In this document: one piece after another, positions 1 to 10,099 of the stretch | How the letters are laid out: each line of letters opens with the position of its first letter | Numbering within the stretch: the first letter of the stretch is position 1 | Source: Bacteroides sp. CAG:545 | Lineage (GTDB): Bacteria; Bacillota; Negativicutes; Acidaminococcales; Acidaminococcaceae | NCBI GenBank assembly: GCA_963659725.1 | Contig: CAVKUS010000002.1 | Coordinates: 31,494-95,493 of the forward strand | Direction of reading: 5' to 3' | Length of the DNA stretch: 64,000 nucleotides | Notes under the pieces: generated by a model | What the model was told of the DNA's origin: nothing | Seen by the model: only the letters and a program-made list of their open reading frames with translations | Databases searched by the model: none | Translations under genes and position numbers: made by a program

Positions 1-1403
1 CCAAACCATTGGAAGGCTGTATACGGCTTCGGCACAAAAGCGGAAGCACTTACGGTAACCTTGCAGCCACGCTTACCGGTAATCTGGAAATATTTATACT
101 GTACCTTGCGCGCCAAGTCGGCAATCGCCAGTACATCCTCGTCAGTTTCATATGGCAGACCAATCATAAAGTACAGCTTAACACTGTTCCAGCCGGATTC
201 AAACGCTGCACCTACAGCATTCATCAAATCCTCTTCGGTAACACCCTTATTGATAACGTCACGCATCTTCTGGCTGCCTGCTTCCGGAGCAAAGGTCAGG
301 CCGCTTTTACGCACTGCCTGTACCTCCTTGGCGATAGCAACACAGAAGCTGTCAATACGCAAGGAAGGCAGAGAAACGCTGACGCGTTCGTCCTTAAATT
401 CGCCAATCATCTTATGTACGAGCGGTGCCAGGCAGGAATAATCGGCACTGGACAGGGATACCAGGCTGATTTCGTTATAGCCGGTGTTATCTACCAGCTT
501 ACGCGACAGGTCCATCAGCACCTCAGGCTTGCGCTCGCGTACCGGACGGTAAACCATACCTGCGTGGCAGAAACGGCAACCACGGCTGCAGCCACGGAAA
601 ACCTCCAGCATAATACGGTCATGGACAATCTCTCCGAAAGGAACAATCGGAGATGTCGGGAAATCTACGCTGTTCATATCCTCTACAACACGCTTTTGAA
701 TAACAGCAGGAATATCCTCGCGCAACGGCTTAATTGCCTTAAAAGTGCCGTCCTCATTATATTCTGCTTCATAGAAGGAAGGTACATAAACGCCCTTGAT
801 TTTTACCGCACGCTGCAAAAATTCTTGTCTGCCGCCGGGTTTGCCTTCACGCTTCCACTCCTTGTAGCAACGCATTACCTCAATCAAAACCTCTTCGCCT
901 TCACCGATAACAGCAAAATCGAAGAAATCAGCCAAGGGCTCCGGGTTGTACACACAGGGACCGCCTACAATAACAAAGGGGTCTGCATCGGTGCGGTCCT
1001 TAGCCAGCAGCGGTACACCACCCAAATCAAGCATGTTTAAGATATTAGTATAGGAAAGCTCGTATTGCAGAGTAAAGCCTACAACATCACATTCGCTCAA
1101 TGCCTTTTTGGTCTCCAGAGTACAAAGCGCAATTTCACGCTCACGCATCTTCGCCTCCAGATCAATCCAGGGCGCATAAACGCGTTCTGCGGCAATACCG
1201 TCTTCCTTATTCAGCAGATGGTATAAAATTTTGAAGCCAAGGTAACTCATACCTACTTCATATACATCCGGGAAGGCCAGAGCAATAGTTGCCTCAACCT
1301 CATCAGCAGGCTTAACAATGCTGGCGAACTCGCCACCGGTGTAGCGCGCAGGCTTTTGCACGCTGCTTAAAATATCAATAGTTAAATCCTTTTTCAAATT
1401 CAT
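1..1403 (-). CDS. Radical SAM protein with an N-terminal B12-binding-like domain (TIGR03960-like). Partial: the C-terminus lies beyond the window edge.
   Basis: Absent from the ORF track because it runs off the edge. My reverse-complement translation from the ATG at 1403-1401 gives MNLKKDLTIDILSSVQKPARYTGGEF... and later ...EVFRGCSRGCRFCHAGMVYRP, which contains the CxxxCxxC radical SAM motif. The listed + ORF 9..1040 is its antisense shadow. Confidence 0.85.
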   Translation of the reverse strand, partial: MNLKKDLTIDILSSVQKPARYTGGEFASIVKPADEVEATIALAFPDVYEVGMSYLGFKILYHLLNKEDGIAAERVYAPWIDLEAKMREREIALCTLETKKALSECDVVGFTLQYELSYTNILNMLDLGGVPLLAKDRTDADPFVIVGGPCVYNPEPLADFFDFAVIGEGEEVLIEVMRCYKEWKREGKPGGRQEFLQRAVKIKGVYVPSFYEAEYNEDGTFKAIKPLREDIPAVIQKRVVEDMNSVDFPTSPIVPFGEIVHDRIMLEVFRGCSRGCRFCHAGMVYRPVRERKPEVLMDLSRKLVDNTGYNEISLVSLSSADYSCLAPLVHKMIGEFKDERVSVSLPSLRIDSFCVAIAKEVQAVRKSGLTFAPEAGSQKMRDVINKGVTEEDLMNAVGAAFESGWNSVKLYFMIGLPYETDEDVLAIADLARKVQYKYFQITGKRGCKVTVSASAFVPKPYTAFQWF

Positions 1404-1465
1404 TTTCTCCTCTATTTTTAATGATTGAAGGGTTTATCAAAAACAGTTTTCGTCAATATTTATCT

Positions 1466-1745
1466 GATATGATGCTTTAGCGTCTACCGATTCCTATATA
1501 GTTTTTATAAAAAGGTTGACTAGAAAGTGTCAGAGGCGAAGCGACAGCGACGACGGCGTACTAAACGTACTCCTAGGAGTCGTTGCTAAGCATATGGCAC
1601 TTTAGCGTCGACCGCTCCCTCTAGTTTTTTATAAAAAGGTTGACTAGAAAGTGTCAGAGGCGAAGCGACGGCGACGACGGCGTACTAAACGTACTCCTAG
1701 GAGCCGTTGCTAAGCATATGGCACTTTATCGTCGACCGATTCCTC
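1466..1745. repeat. Tandem array of about 2.3 units with a 124-bp period, belonging to the intergenic repeat family with core GACGACGGCGTAC
   Basis: The string aaaggttgactagaaagtgtcagaggcgaagcgac(a/g)gcgacgacggcgtactaaacgtactcctaggag(t/c)cgttgctaagcatatggcacttta occurs twice. Cores lie at 1549-1561 and 1673-1685. A partial junction module sits at 1466-1495. Confidence 0.9.
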
Positions 1746-2851
1746 TAAAATTGAAGGTTCTGCTTCTTCACCTTAATATTCAACAAAATCGCCACCAACA
1801 TCAGGTTTGTCGTCAGCGAGCTGACGCCATAGCTCAAGAACGGCAAAGGTACACCGGTTACAGGCATAATACCGGCAGTCATGCCAATGTTGACCATAAC
1901 ATGGAACATAAACATGGACGTTACACCGGTTGCCAGAAGCATACCGAAGGTATCATCGGCATCAAGCGCAATAGCAATACCGCGCCAGATAATAATCATA
2001 TACATGCTGATGATAAACACCGTTCCGATAAAGCCAAACTCTTCACCGGCAACAGCAAAAATAAAATCCGTATGGTTTTCCGGCAAAAAGTTCAGCTGGC
2101 TCTGCGTTCCGGCCAGCCAGCCCTTGCCAAGGAAGCCGCCGCTGCCGATAGCAATTTTAGACTGAATAACATGATAACCGCTGCCGAAAGGATCTAGCTC
2201 CGGATTCAGAAAAACGCGGATACGGTTCTTCTGATAATCCTTCAGAATCATCCAAAATGCCGGCAGCAAGGCCATAAAAGCCAGCCCCATGCGGAAGAAC
2301 CATTTATACTTGAAGCCGCTGACAAAAATCATACCTATAAGGATAGCAATAAAGGTCAGCGAGGTTCCTAAGTCCGGCTGACGCATAACAAGTATAAACG
2401 GCACCAGGATATATGCAAAAACCGGCAGGTAATCCTTAAATTCCTCCAGCCATTCAATTCGCTTATCCATAAATGTAGCTAAACAGATAATGAGAAATAC
2501 CTTAGCAAATTCACTGGGCTGAAATGACATAGAGCCTATTTGAATCCAACGCTGTGCACCCAATTGACTTTGTCCTACAAACATTACTGCCAAAAGCAGT
2601 ATGATATTGATTATATACAGCTTGGTGGCATAATTTTTGAGGACACGGTAATCAAAAGCCAACGATACAGTAACAATAGCCAGGCCAAAGAGCATAAACA
2701 TACTTTGGCGCTGCACATGCCAGGCCTTACCAGTGCTGACAGCAAAGGAATGGGTAGCACTGTCGATAAGTCCCAAGCCACAGCCCATAAGAATCAGCAC
2801 AGCAGCAATCAGCCACCAGTCAAGATTTTTCAGGATACGTTTTAAATCCAC
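1745..2851 (-). CDS. rodA: Rod-shape peptidoglycan glycosyltransferase RodA (FtsW/RodA/SpoVE family)
   Basis: A 368-aa polytopic membrane protein with SEDS-family sequence (...FQPSEFAKV..., ...PENHTDFIFA...). It lies directly downstream of PBP2. GTG start with a GGAGG Shine-Dalgarno 6 nt upstream. Confidence 0.9.
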   Translation of the reverse strand: MDLKRILKNLDWWLIAAVLILMGCGLGLIDSATHSFAVSTGKAWHVQRQSMFMLFGLAIVTVSLAFDYRVLKNYATKLYIINIILLLAVMFVGQSQLGAQRWIQIGSMSFQPSEFAKVFLIICLATFMDKRIEWLEEFKDYLPVFAYILVPFILVMRQPDLGTSLTFIAILIGMIFVSGFKYKWFFRMGLAFMALLPAFWMILKDYQKNRIRVFLNPELDPFGSGYHVIQSKIAIGSGGFLGKGWLAGTQSQLNFLPENHTDFIFAVAGEEFGFIGTVFIISMYMIIIWRGIAIALDADDTFGMLLATGVTSMFMFHVMVNIGMTAGIMPVTGVPLPFLSYGVSSLTTNLMLVAILLNIKVKKQNLQF

Positions 2852-2869
2852 AATGTACTCCTTCCTGCA

Positions 2870-4702
2870 TTATTGGATGGTGTCCTTCTTAGGGGCAGCC
2901 TTATCAGGGCGGGGCATATAACCCCTTTCCTGGAAAAATTCTTCAAATGCTTTATAAACAATAGGACCTGCAGCAACAGAGCCGAAACCGCCCTGTTCCA
3001 CAATGCAGACTACAACAAGTTCAGGATCATCTACCGGTCCATAGGCTACAAACAAGCCATGGTCACGTCCATGAGAGTTTTCGGCAGTACCGGTTTTACC
3101 GGCAATAGGCTTAGGCAGGCCGGCAAAGTACGATGCCGTACCACCCTCCTGTGTAGTAGCACTCATGCCCATGCGGATATAATCAATCGTCTGCTGCGAC
3201 ACATCGATATGCTTGCCTTCAGCGCGTTTAGGCTTTTCAAAAAGACTGCCGTCACTGTTTATAATACTGTCAACCAAATATGGCTGATACTTAGTACCGC
3301 CGTTAGCAACAATACTCAACATAACAGAAAGCTGAATCGGTGTCGTAAGGTTAAAGCCCTGACCGATAGCAGCATTGAAGGTATCACCTAAGCGCCAATC
3401 CTCGTCCCAGATTTCACGCTTAACCTTTTTAGAGGCAACAAGGCCCTTGCTTTCGCCTTCCAGGTCAATACCTGTGCGTTCGCCAAAGCCAAAGATATGC
3501 GCATATTTTTCAATATTATCAATGCCGACGCGATAACCGAGCTCGTAAAAATAAACATTATCACTCATCGCCAACGCTTTGATAAATGTCAGCCAGCCTA
3601 AAACCTCGCCGCCGGCATTACCCATAGTAGGAACCATCGGATGGAAGCCACCGTCAAAAATCGGCTCGTTCAGACCAACCTTTTTCAGCTCGAAGGCAGC
3701 ACTGCCAGTAACAATCTTAAAGGTAGAACCAGGCGGATATTCACCGGTGATAACCTTATTATTCATCGGGTAATTGGGATCATTATTAATGGAATTCCAA
3801 TTTTTAGAGGAAATGCCATGCACAAACCAGTTGGGGTCATAACCAGGACGGCTGACCATCGCCCTTACCGCGCCATTGCGCGGGTCGATGGCTACTACCG
3901 CCGCTGCTCTCGCTCCGGGAGCAATACCGGAGCTGCGCAGAAAAGCAAGATGCTTATCGGTAAAAGCTTCCAGCTCCTTTTGCAGCTCGTAATCTATCGT
4001 CAGCTTCAGATTTTTGCCGGGAATAGGCTGCACGGAATCGTAATGCTTGACAACGTTGCCGGCAACGTCAACCTCCTCCATAAAGGCGCCATCCTCACCG
4101 CGAAGATATTTATCATAAGTCTTTTCCAGTCCGGCCTTACCGACAAGGCTGCCCTGAGTAATATTCTTAAACAGCCCCTGCTCAATTTCATAGGAGCTTA
4201 CCTCACCTACATAACCCAAAGCATGTACGGCAAGCTCATGATAAGGGTAATTGCGGATAGGCTGCACGGAAAGCATAACCTCCGGCATATAGCGGCGCTG
4301 TTCCTCTATTTTCGTTACCATCTGCTGATCAAGATTATTTTTCAGCATAATAGGTTCATAAAAATTTTCGCTCGCCTTAATTTTAGCGTTAATCTCTGCT
4401 ACTGGCATCTGCAGCAGATTGCTGAGACGCTGCAGCGTTTCCGGTTTATAGCTGGATTGCTTTTGCAATACTACCGCATATCCCGGCAGATTGTTAACCA
4501 GCTCTTTGCCCTCACTGTCATAAATAATTCCACGGGGAGCAAGAATGCGTGACTGGCGCAGCCTGTTGCCGTCAGATTGCTTGGCGTAGTAATCACCGCG
4601 CCACAGCTGCAGATAAACCATTCGTCCCAGCAGCACAGCAAATAATACCAGACACACAACCAGCAAGGTGTGCAATCTGGTTATCCGGTTTCTATCTTCC
4701 AT
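2870..4702 (-). CDS. mrdA: Penicillin-binding protein 2 (elongation transpeptidase)
   Basis: 610 aa with an N-terminal TM anchor, a PBP dimerisation region and a transpeptidase domain (STFK and KTGT motifs are visible). Located between mreD and rodA. Confidence 0.9.
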   Translation of the reverse strand: MEDRNRITRLHTLLVVCLVLFAVLLGRMVYLQLWRGDYYAKQSDGNRLRQSRILAPRGIIYDSEGKELVNNLPGYAVVLQKQSSYKPETLQRLSNLLQMPVAEINAKIKASENFYEPIMLKNNLDQQMVTKIEEQRRYMPEVMLSVQPIRNYPYHELAVHALGYVGEVSSYEIEQGLFKNITQGSLVGKAGLEKTYDKYLRGEDGAFMEEVDVAGNVVKHYDSVQPIPGKNLKLTIDYELQKELEAFTDKHLAFLRSSGIAPGARAAAVVAIDPRNGAVRAMVSRPGYDPNWFVHGISSKNWNSINNDPNYPMNNKVITGEYPPGSTFKIVTGSAAFELKKVGLNEPIFDGGFHPMVPTMGNAGGEVLGWLTFIKALAMSDNVYFYELGYRVGIDNIEKYAHIFGFGERTGIDLEGESKGLVASKKVKREIWDEDWRLGDTFNAAIGQGFNLTTPIQLSVMLSIVANGGTKYQPYLVDSIINSDGSLFEKPKRAEGKHIDVSQQTIDYIRMGMSATTQEGGTASYFAGLPKPIAGKTGTAENSHGRDHGLFVAYGPVDDPELVVVCIVEQGGFGSVAAGPIVYKAFEEFFQERGYMPRPDKAAPKKDTIQ

Positions 4703-4734
4703 AGGCTACGTCTGTCTCCTTTCCTGCTTCCTGG

Positions 4735-5235
4735 TTAATAAGATATATCTTCTTTTCTGATCCATTCATAAATCATCTTCATTATAACTACAACAGGCCA
4801 TACCAACAGCGCATTGCCTATAATATAGCCCAGGGAATCCCATAAATATGCAAAAAATATGCTCCAGCGTCCGCCACTGCGCAAAAGTTCCAGCCACCAG
4901 TAAACAAAACGCAGGATAAAAGTAATCGTCGCAATAGCGCTCATATGATAAAGATAATTATCCTTAAACACCTTTTCCTTTGTCAGGCCTACTATATAAC
5001 CTACACAGATACGACTGAGAATATGGAAGCCAAAAATACCCACCGTCATTGCATCCTGCAGCAGTCCGGTGATACCGCCGACTACCGCACCAGCTTTTTC
5101 GCCGCGCAGCATCGCATAAGCATATACCGCCAAAAGCAGCAGATCACAGGAAAGCCAGCCTGTATAATATACGGACATCGAACCCTGCAGCAGCATTAAG
5201 AACAGAAACAGGACGGGCCAAATCAGTCTCCTCAT
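4735..5235 (-). CDS. mreD: Rod shape-determining protein MreD
   Basis: 166-aa multi-TM protein. It overlaps the mreC stop by 4 nt and sits in the mreBCD position. Confidence 0.8.
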   Translation of the reverse strand: MRRLIWPVLFLFLMLLQGSMSVYYTGWLSCDLLLLAVYAYAMLRGEKAGAVVGGITGLLQDAMTVGIFGFHILSRICVGYIVGLTKEKVFKDNYLYHMSAIATITFILRFVYWWLELLRSGGRWSIFFAYLWDSLGYIIGNALLVWPVVVIMKMIYEWIRKEDISY

Positions 5236-6080
5236 TTTGCCTGTCCTCCCTGTAATACGATTTTCGCTTCCGGCGTAAAGCCAACAATAACCAATACCTG
5301 TTCCACATCTGCAATATCAGCAGTAGGCGCGATATCTGCTTCCTGCAGCAGACCAACACTATCCATACGCGTTGCAGTTATCTTGCCGATAAGAATATCT
5401 GCAGGATGAGTGCCGCTATAACCGCTGGTGACGATGATATCACCCTCGTGCAGGCTTGCTTCGCGGTAAATGTGCTCCAACAGCAGCTTATCCTTGCCGC
5501 TGACACCGCCGGCTACACCGACAGCACGTGAATCAGCGCGCAATACCCTAGCACCTACACGACAGCGCGGAGAGGTGAGCAAAAGTACACGGGCATAATC
5601 ATCATATACCTCGTCAACCACGCCTACCAAGCCGCCGTTTACTACAGCCATATCAGGTGCCAGGCCTCTGTCCTTACCGGCAGCGATATATATGCAGTCA
5701 CGTAAATCGCCGAAGCTGCGGGCAATTACCTTTGCTGCTACAACCTTCTGCGATTTGTGCTGCTCCTTATATTCCAGCAAGCCTCTCAGCTGCCTGTTTT
5801 CTGCATACATCGAAGCCATCTGGATATTGGCATTACGCAGCTCAATATTTTCTTGTTTCAGCTTTGCATTTTCGCTCTGCATTACTGTCAGTGCCTTCCA
5901 ATAGCCACGCACGCCATCACCGGCATTGCCTAACCCGGTCAGCATACTTTCTACCGGCAGCACCACTGCCGCCACCGCTCTGTTGACCAAAGGAAAACGG
6001 CTTCTGCCTGCTACGGCCATCGCCAGCATAGAAAACAGGACCAGAACGAACAAAGCTACCAACATAACCTTCTTATTCAT
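5232..6080 (-). CDS. mreC: Rod shape-determining protein MreC
   Basis: 282 aa with a signal anchor, a coiled-coil region (KLKQENIELRNANIQM) and beta-rich C-terminal domains. Located immediately after mreB. Confidence 0.85.
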   Translation of the reverse strand: MNKKVMLVALFVLVLFSMLAMAVAGRSRFPLVNRAVAAVVLPVESMLTGLGNAGDGVRGYWKALTVMQSENAKLKQENIELRNANIQMASMYAENRQLRGLLEYKEQHKSQKVVAAKVIARSFGDLRDCIYIAAGKDRGLAPDMAVVNGGLVGVVDEVYDDYARVLLLTSPRCRVGARVLRADSRAVGVAGGVSGKDKLLLEHIYREASLHEGDIIVTSGYSGTHPADILIGKITATRMDSVGLLQEADIAPTADIADVEQVLVIVGFTPEAKIVLQGGQAK

Positions 6081-6093
6081 GCTGCATTCCTAC

Positions 6094-7137
6094 TTATTTA
6101 GAGGTCATAAAGCCTTTGCGGTAAATGTCAATATTTTCTACAGCAATACCGGTGCCGAGAGCAACACAGTTCAAAGCTTCATCAGATACGAATACCGGCA
6201 TACCGGTTTCCTGAGAAATAAGTCTGTCCAGATTGCGCAGCATAGAGCTGCCGCCTGTCATAACAATGCCACGATCCATAATATCAGCGGACAGTTCAGG
6301 CGGTGTACGCTCCAATGTGTTACGAACAGCATCCACAATCATGCTTACAGGCTCGTTAACAGCTTCGCAAACATGGTTGGCATTAACCTCTATACTCTTA
6401 GGCAGACCGCTGAGCAGGTCGCGGCCGCGAACCTCCATAACAGCAGGCTCATCAACCTTCATTGCGGTACCGATTTCAATTTTAATATTTTCTGCTGTAC
6501 GCTCACCGATAAACATATTAAAGGCTTTGCGGATATAACGTACAATAGCACTGTCGATAGCATCGCCGCCGCAGCGTACGCTCTTGCTGACAACAATGCC
6601 GCCCAGAGAAATTACGGCAACCTCACAGGTGCCGCCGCCGATATCAACAACCATGCTGCCGGTTGCTTCCTGTACAGGCAAGCCTGCACCGATTGCTGCC
6701 GCCATCGGTTCTTCAATCAAGTAAGCCTCACGCGCACCTGCTTCAATAGTAGCATCAACAACTGCACGCTTTTCTACTTCGGTAACACCGGAAGGCACAC
6801 CAACCAGAATACGCGGACGTACAAAGGTACGGTTGCCCATAGCCTGCTTAATAAAATATTTCAGCATAGACTGAGTAATTTCATAGTCGGCAATAACGCC
6901 ATCCTTCATCGGACGGATAGCGACAATGTTACCGGGAGTACGGCCAATCATTCTCTTAGCCTCCGCACCGATTGCCAGTACCTCGTTAGTGTCCTTTTCA
7001 ACAGCTACTACCGACGGTTCGCGGATAATAATACCCTTATCCTTGCAATGCACCAGCGTATTCGCAGTGCCCAAATCTATACCCATGTCATCCGACATAT
7101 TGTTAAAAATACTGATATTAGGGAAAGTAAACTTCAT
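6094..7137 (-). CDS. mreB: Actin-like rod shape protein MreB
   Basis: Carries DLGTANT..., ...PMKDGVIAD..., ...DIGGGT... ATPase motifs. AGGAGG lies 10 nt upstream of the ATG at 7137. Confidence 0.95.
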   Translation of the reverse strand: MKFTFPNISIFNNMSDDMGIDLGTANTLVHCKDKGIIIREPSVVAVEKDTNEVLAIGAEAKRMIGRTPGNIVAIRPMKDGVIADYEITQSMLKYFIKQAMGNRTFVRPRILVGVPSGVTEVEKRAVVDATIEAGAREAYLIEEPMAAAIGAGLPVQEATGSMVVDIGGGTCEVAVISLGGIVVSKSVRCGGDAIDSAIVRYIRKAFNMFIGERTAENIKIEIGTAMKVDEPAVMEVRGRDLLSGLPKSIEVNANHVCEAVNEPVSMIVDAVRNTLERTPPELSADIMDRGIVMTGGSSMLRNLDRLISQETGMPVFVSDEALNCVALGTGIAVENIDIYRKGFMTSK

Positions 7138-7151
7138 TTCCGACTATCCTC

Positions 7152-7910
7152 CTAAACTTCTAATGCTCCATCTTCCTGAAAGCTGTAATAAGCACCGTCC
7201 CCGATAATCAGATGGTCCAGAAGCGGAATCCCCAACGTTTGTCCTGCCGCCAGCAAAACAGCTGTCAGCTGCCTGTCCTCAATGCTTGGCATCGGATCAC
7301 CCGAGGGATGATTATGTGCCACGCAGATAGAGGCTGCATGCTGCAGAATCGCCGGCAGAAATACCTCACGCGGATGCACCACCGAGTTGGTCAGCGAGCC
7401 CTCTGATACCAGCTCTGTGCCTATTACTTTATTCTTACTGTTTAACAAAATTACCAAAAATTGTTCCTTTGTGGCGTAACGCAGACGCGGCATCAAAAAT
7501 GCCGCACCATCCTGCGGACAGCCAAAATGGATTTTATCCAAAGGGCGGGCCGACGCAATACGTCTGCCTATTTCCAGAGCTGCCAAAACTGTTGCTGCCT
7601 TAGCCTGCCCCATACCCTTGATTTGCATAAGCTCATTTAAGTCCCTCACTCCTGCCAGACGCCTGTACAGACCGCCGTCAGCAGTAAGCTCCTTAGCAAT
7701 TTCCAACGCTGATTTTTGCGCAGTGCCTGTGCGCAGCAATATTGCCAGCAGCTCTGCATCTGTCAGCGCGTTCACTCCACGCAGAAAAAGCTTTTCCCGT
7801 GGTCTGTCCTCTAAGGGAAGGTTTTTAATTTTTTCTGTGTTTGTTGTCTGGTCGATACTACTAAAATCACTGCGAAAATCGCAGGTCCTGCTTACTGCAG
7901 GATTAGTCAC
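7152..7910 (-). CDS. radC: RadC-family JAMM/MPN domain protein
   Basis: Helix-hairpin-helix N-terminal half (LSDAELLAILLRTG-like) and the C-terminal motif HNHPSGDPMPSIED. Confidence 0.9.
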   Translation of the reverse strand: MTNPAVSRTCDFRSDFSSIDQTTNTEKIKNLPLEDRPREKLFLRGVNALTDAELLAILLRTGTAQKSALEIAKELTADGGLYRRLAGVRDLNELMQIKGMGQAKAATVLAALEIGRRIASARPLDKIHFGCPQDGAAFLMPRLRYATKEQFLVILLNSKNKVIGTELVSEGSLTNSVVHPREVFLPAILQHAASICVAHNHPSGDPMPSIEDRQLTAVLLAAGQTLGIPLLDHLIIGDGAYYSFQEDGALEV

Positions 7911-7923
7911 TCTTCATAGCTCC

Positions 7924-8484
7924 TCATACTCCTAGTCTTTGCATCATTAAGTACAACAATGACAACGGCAGACCTACAACATTGTTATAGCAGCCATTGA
8001 TTTTTTCCACCAGGACAGCTCCTCTGCCCTGAATGCCATAGGCTCCTGCCTTATCCATAGGCTCACCTGTAGCAATATAAACATCTATTTCTTCAGCAGT
8101 CAGCTGACGAAAGCTTACATCGGTAATGCACACCTCGGACAGCTGCTGTCCCTTATAGCGCACAGCAACGCCTGTCATAACCTGATGTGTACGTCCGGAC
8201 AAACGCTGCAGCATATCCTTGGCAGCTGCTGCATCCAGTGGCTTGCCCAAAATAACATTATCAATTACTACGATTGTATCTGCAGCAATAACGGGAAGCT
8301 CATCTCCCATTTTTGCTGCTACAGCGGCGCATTTGCCGGCTGCGTTATGCAAAGCAACCTCCTGCGCCTGGCTGGCAGTGCCGCTGCCTTCGGCAAAATC
8401 CGCAGGACATACCAGCGGAGTAATACCTATTTGCTGCAGCAGCGCCTGTCTGCGCGGAGAAGCTGATGCCAAAATAACCTTCAT
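7924..8484 (-). CDS. maf: Maf-like nucleoside triphosphate pyrophosphatase
   Basis: 186 aa with ILASASPRR...ADTIV...AGAYGIQG motifs. Confidence 0.9.
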   Translation of the reverse strand: MKVILASASPRRQALLQQIGITPLVCPADFAEGSGTASQAQEVALHNAAGKCAAVAAKMGDELPVIAADTIVVIDNVILGKPLDAAAAKDMLQRLSGRTHQVMTGVAVRYKGQQLSEVCITDVSFRQLTAEEIDVYIATGEPMDKAGAYGIQGRGAVLVEKINGCYNNVVGLPLSLLYLMMQRLGV

Positions 8485-8492
8485 GCTTCAGC

Positions 8493-8942
8493 CTATTCCT
8501 TTTTACCCATATCAATAACAATCTTCGGCTGCTGGATTTCAAAAATAACAGCCTGCTTGCCTTCGCGAACTGCATCGCGTTTAAAAATACGTGCATAGTT
8601 GATGGTTACCAAAAGCCACAAAACAATGCAGCCGGCAATAAACGGCAATTCATCCATATGAAAGAACGTAGCCATACTGTGTCCGCAGGCAACACCTGCA
8701 AGAATGCCTGCTACCGGCAGTCCGTAAATAACCAGCTTAGCCTTGCGCTGGTCAAAATCACGGTATTCCGCACCAACCACATCGCCGGCCTTGGCACCTA
8801 CCGGGTTCCAGCAATCTATATATTTAGGCAGGCCTGTCAGTTCGCTTTCAGCTTTATCAACCTTTACCTCAGCGCGCTCGCCCTGCTTTTTAACAATAAT
8901 ACCTCTAATTTCTGCCATTGAAGCAAATCCTTCCTCTACCAA
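8493..8942 (-). CDS. RseC/MucC-family small membrane protein (SoxR-reducing-system type)
   Basis: The architecture matches: an N-terminal beta domain (VGAKAGDVV...) followed by two TM helices. The Cys cluster seen in many family members is absent. The alternative start is M9. Confidence 0.5.
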   Translation of the reverse strand: MVEEGFASMAEIRGIIVKKQGERAEVKVDKAESELTGLPKYIDCWNPVGAKAGDVVGAEYRDFDQRKAKLVIYGLPVAGILAGVACGHSMATFFHMDELPFIAGCIVLWLLVTINYARIFKRDAVREGKQAVIFEIQQPKIVIDMGKKE

Positions 8943-8951
8943 ATATTTAGC

Positions 8952-9242
8952 TTAATAAGCGTGTACGAAAATATACCAATAGCCAAAGCCGAAAACTACG
9001 CCGTAAATCGCCAGGAAAACAAGAACGCCTTGCCAGCATACAGGATAACCAAAGTTAATATCCTCACCGAAAATACCACGGCGGTTAAAAAAAGTATATT
9101 TTTTACGTTTTCTGAACCAAGCCAATTTATTATCGGGGCCAACCAGCTTGGCAATCAGATAAATGTAAATAAAAGAACCAAAAAATATTTGCATAACGCG
9201 GGCGCATACTGCCACCGGTTCTACGTTAGCTATTGTTTCCAT
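8952..9242 (-). CDS. Hypothetical small membrane protein
   Basis: 96-aa ORF with two hydrophobic helices, co-oriented with its neighbours. No family recognised. Confidence 0.5.
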   Translation of the reverse strand: METIANVEPVAVCARVMQIFFGSFIYIYLIAKLVGPDNKLAWFRKRKKYTFFNRRGIFGEDINFGYPVCWQGVLVFLAIYGVVFGFGYWYIFVHAY

Positions 9243-9276
9243 CTGTCAAAGCCTCCTATACCAAAACAATCATCAA

Positions 9277-9783
9277 TTAAAGCTGAATGAATTTATCCGG
9301 CATTTCTTTACGCAATACACGGACAAACTCATCACTGGATTTAAACAGCAAACCCGCCAGCTTATTTTTCTTGCCTTCGGTAAATACCAGCAAGCGCTGC
9401 GGATTTTCATCAAGTGAATTATAGCGATGGATGTAATGCTTAATCGCTGTTTTACGGAAAAAGCTCTTTACATATTTATCGGTAAAGCTTTCTGTACGGG
9501 TCAGGTCAACAGCATAACTGCGTTTAATAAAGCCTAAGCCGTGGCTGATTACCTCAAGCTTCATATCCTTGTAGAGTATCAGAGTATAGCCAAAGGCTAC
9601 GCGCCAAATCCACAGAGCCAAAAGCACTGTATCCATACCCCAGCCCAGCATATCAAAGCGTCTATGTTCCTGCAGCCAGGTCCATTCATGCCAATAAAGG
9701 CTCGCAATCATCAGCAAGGCAATCACTGCAAAGATTTTTCTTTGCGTACTTGTTCCAGATTCTTCACGATACAATTCTTCCAA
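9277..9783 (-). CDS. Hypothetical membrane-anchored protein
   Basis: 168-aa ORF with two N-terminal TM helices and a soluble C-terminal domain. No family recognised. Confidence 0.55.
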   Translation of the reverse strand: MEELYREESGTSTQRKIFAVIALLMIASLYWHEWTWLQEHRRFDMLGWGMDTVLLALWIWRVAFGYTLILYKDMKLEVISHGLGFIKRSYAVDLTRTESFTDKYVKSFFRKTAIKHYIHRYNSLDENPQRLLVFTEGKKNKLAGLLFKSSDEFVRVLRKEMPDKFIQL

Positions 9784-9934
9784 AAGAGTTCCCTCCAGCT
9801 TTCTAAATTGTGCAATAGCAACAAAGCAATCTTATCCAATTAATTATATCAAATTTTACACTTAAAGCATATACCTCAGGCAATAAAAATCGGTGCAAAA
9901 ATGTGAATTTTACCTGCATCAGACAGCTTTCCTG

Positions 9935-9978
9935 CAAAAGCAAAACACCGCTTCGCCGGCTTACGCCATTGAAGCGGG
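9935..9978 (-). terminator. Intrinsic terminator downstream of proA
   Basis: On the minus strand, cccgcttc...gaagcgg forms a 7-bp stem followed by tgttttgctttt. Confidence 0.6.
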
Positions 9979-10099
9979 TTTCAGTAAGTATTATGCTTTA
10001 TTAAAATATAGCATCTGATATTACGTCAGCCTTAAGTAACATCTGTCATCCCTGAGGTTTTTCATTGCTAACCATTCAGCAACACCGTTACATATGAAC

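Noticed and set aside
9-1040. 343-aa + strand ORF at the window start (plus nested ORF 61..441)
   Set aside because: It is the antisense shadow of a clearly recognisable minus-strand radical SAM gene (CxxxCxxC motif, conserved N-terminus). Its own sequence is low-complexity and has no recognisable motif.
1466-1745. Tandem repeat as a possible CRISPR array
   Set aside because: The whole 124-bp unit is repeated, including the would-be spacer. There are only about 2.3 units and no cas genes in the window.
1640-2197. ORF-track ORFs that start inside repeat elements: 1640..2197 (185 aa), 12493..12681 (62 aa) and 25043..25252 (69 aa)
   Set aside because: The long versions are read-through artefacts from the repeat into antisense or untranslated sequence (rodA antisense, leuC 5' UTR). 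Only the short conserved core frame is discussed, as an open question, in the findings.
5926-7155. Long ORFs antisense to strongly supported genes: 5926..7155, 11513..12481, 13116..14033, 16373..17371, 37976..39061, 43151..44620, 25242..25724 and 47267..48353
   Set aside because: Each lies opposite a gene with unambiguous family motifs (mreB, proB, obg, gltB, aminotransferase, CoADR, leuC, aroC). Their translations are rich in R, Q, H, C and N and carry no motifs or Shine-Dalgarno sequences. Such ORFs are typical shadow ORFs in moderately GC-rich coding DNA.
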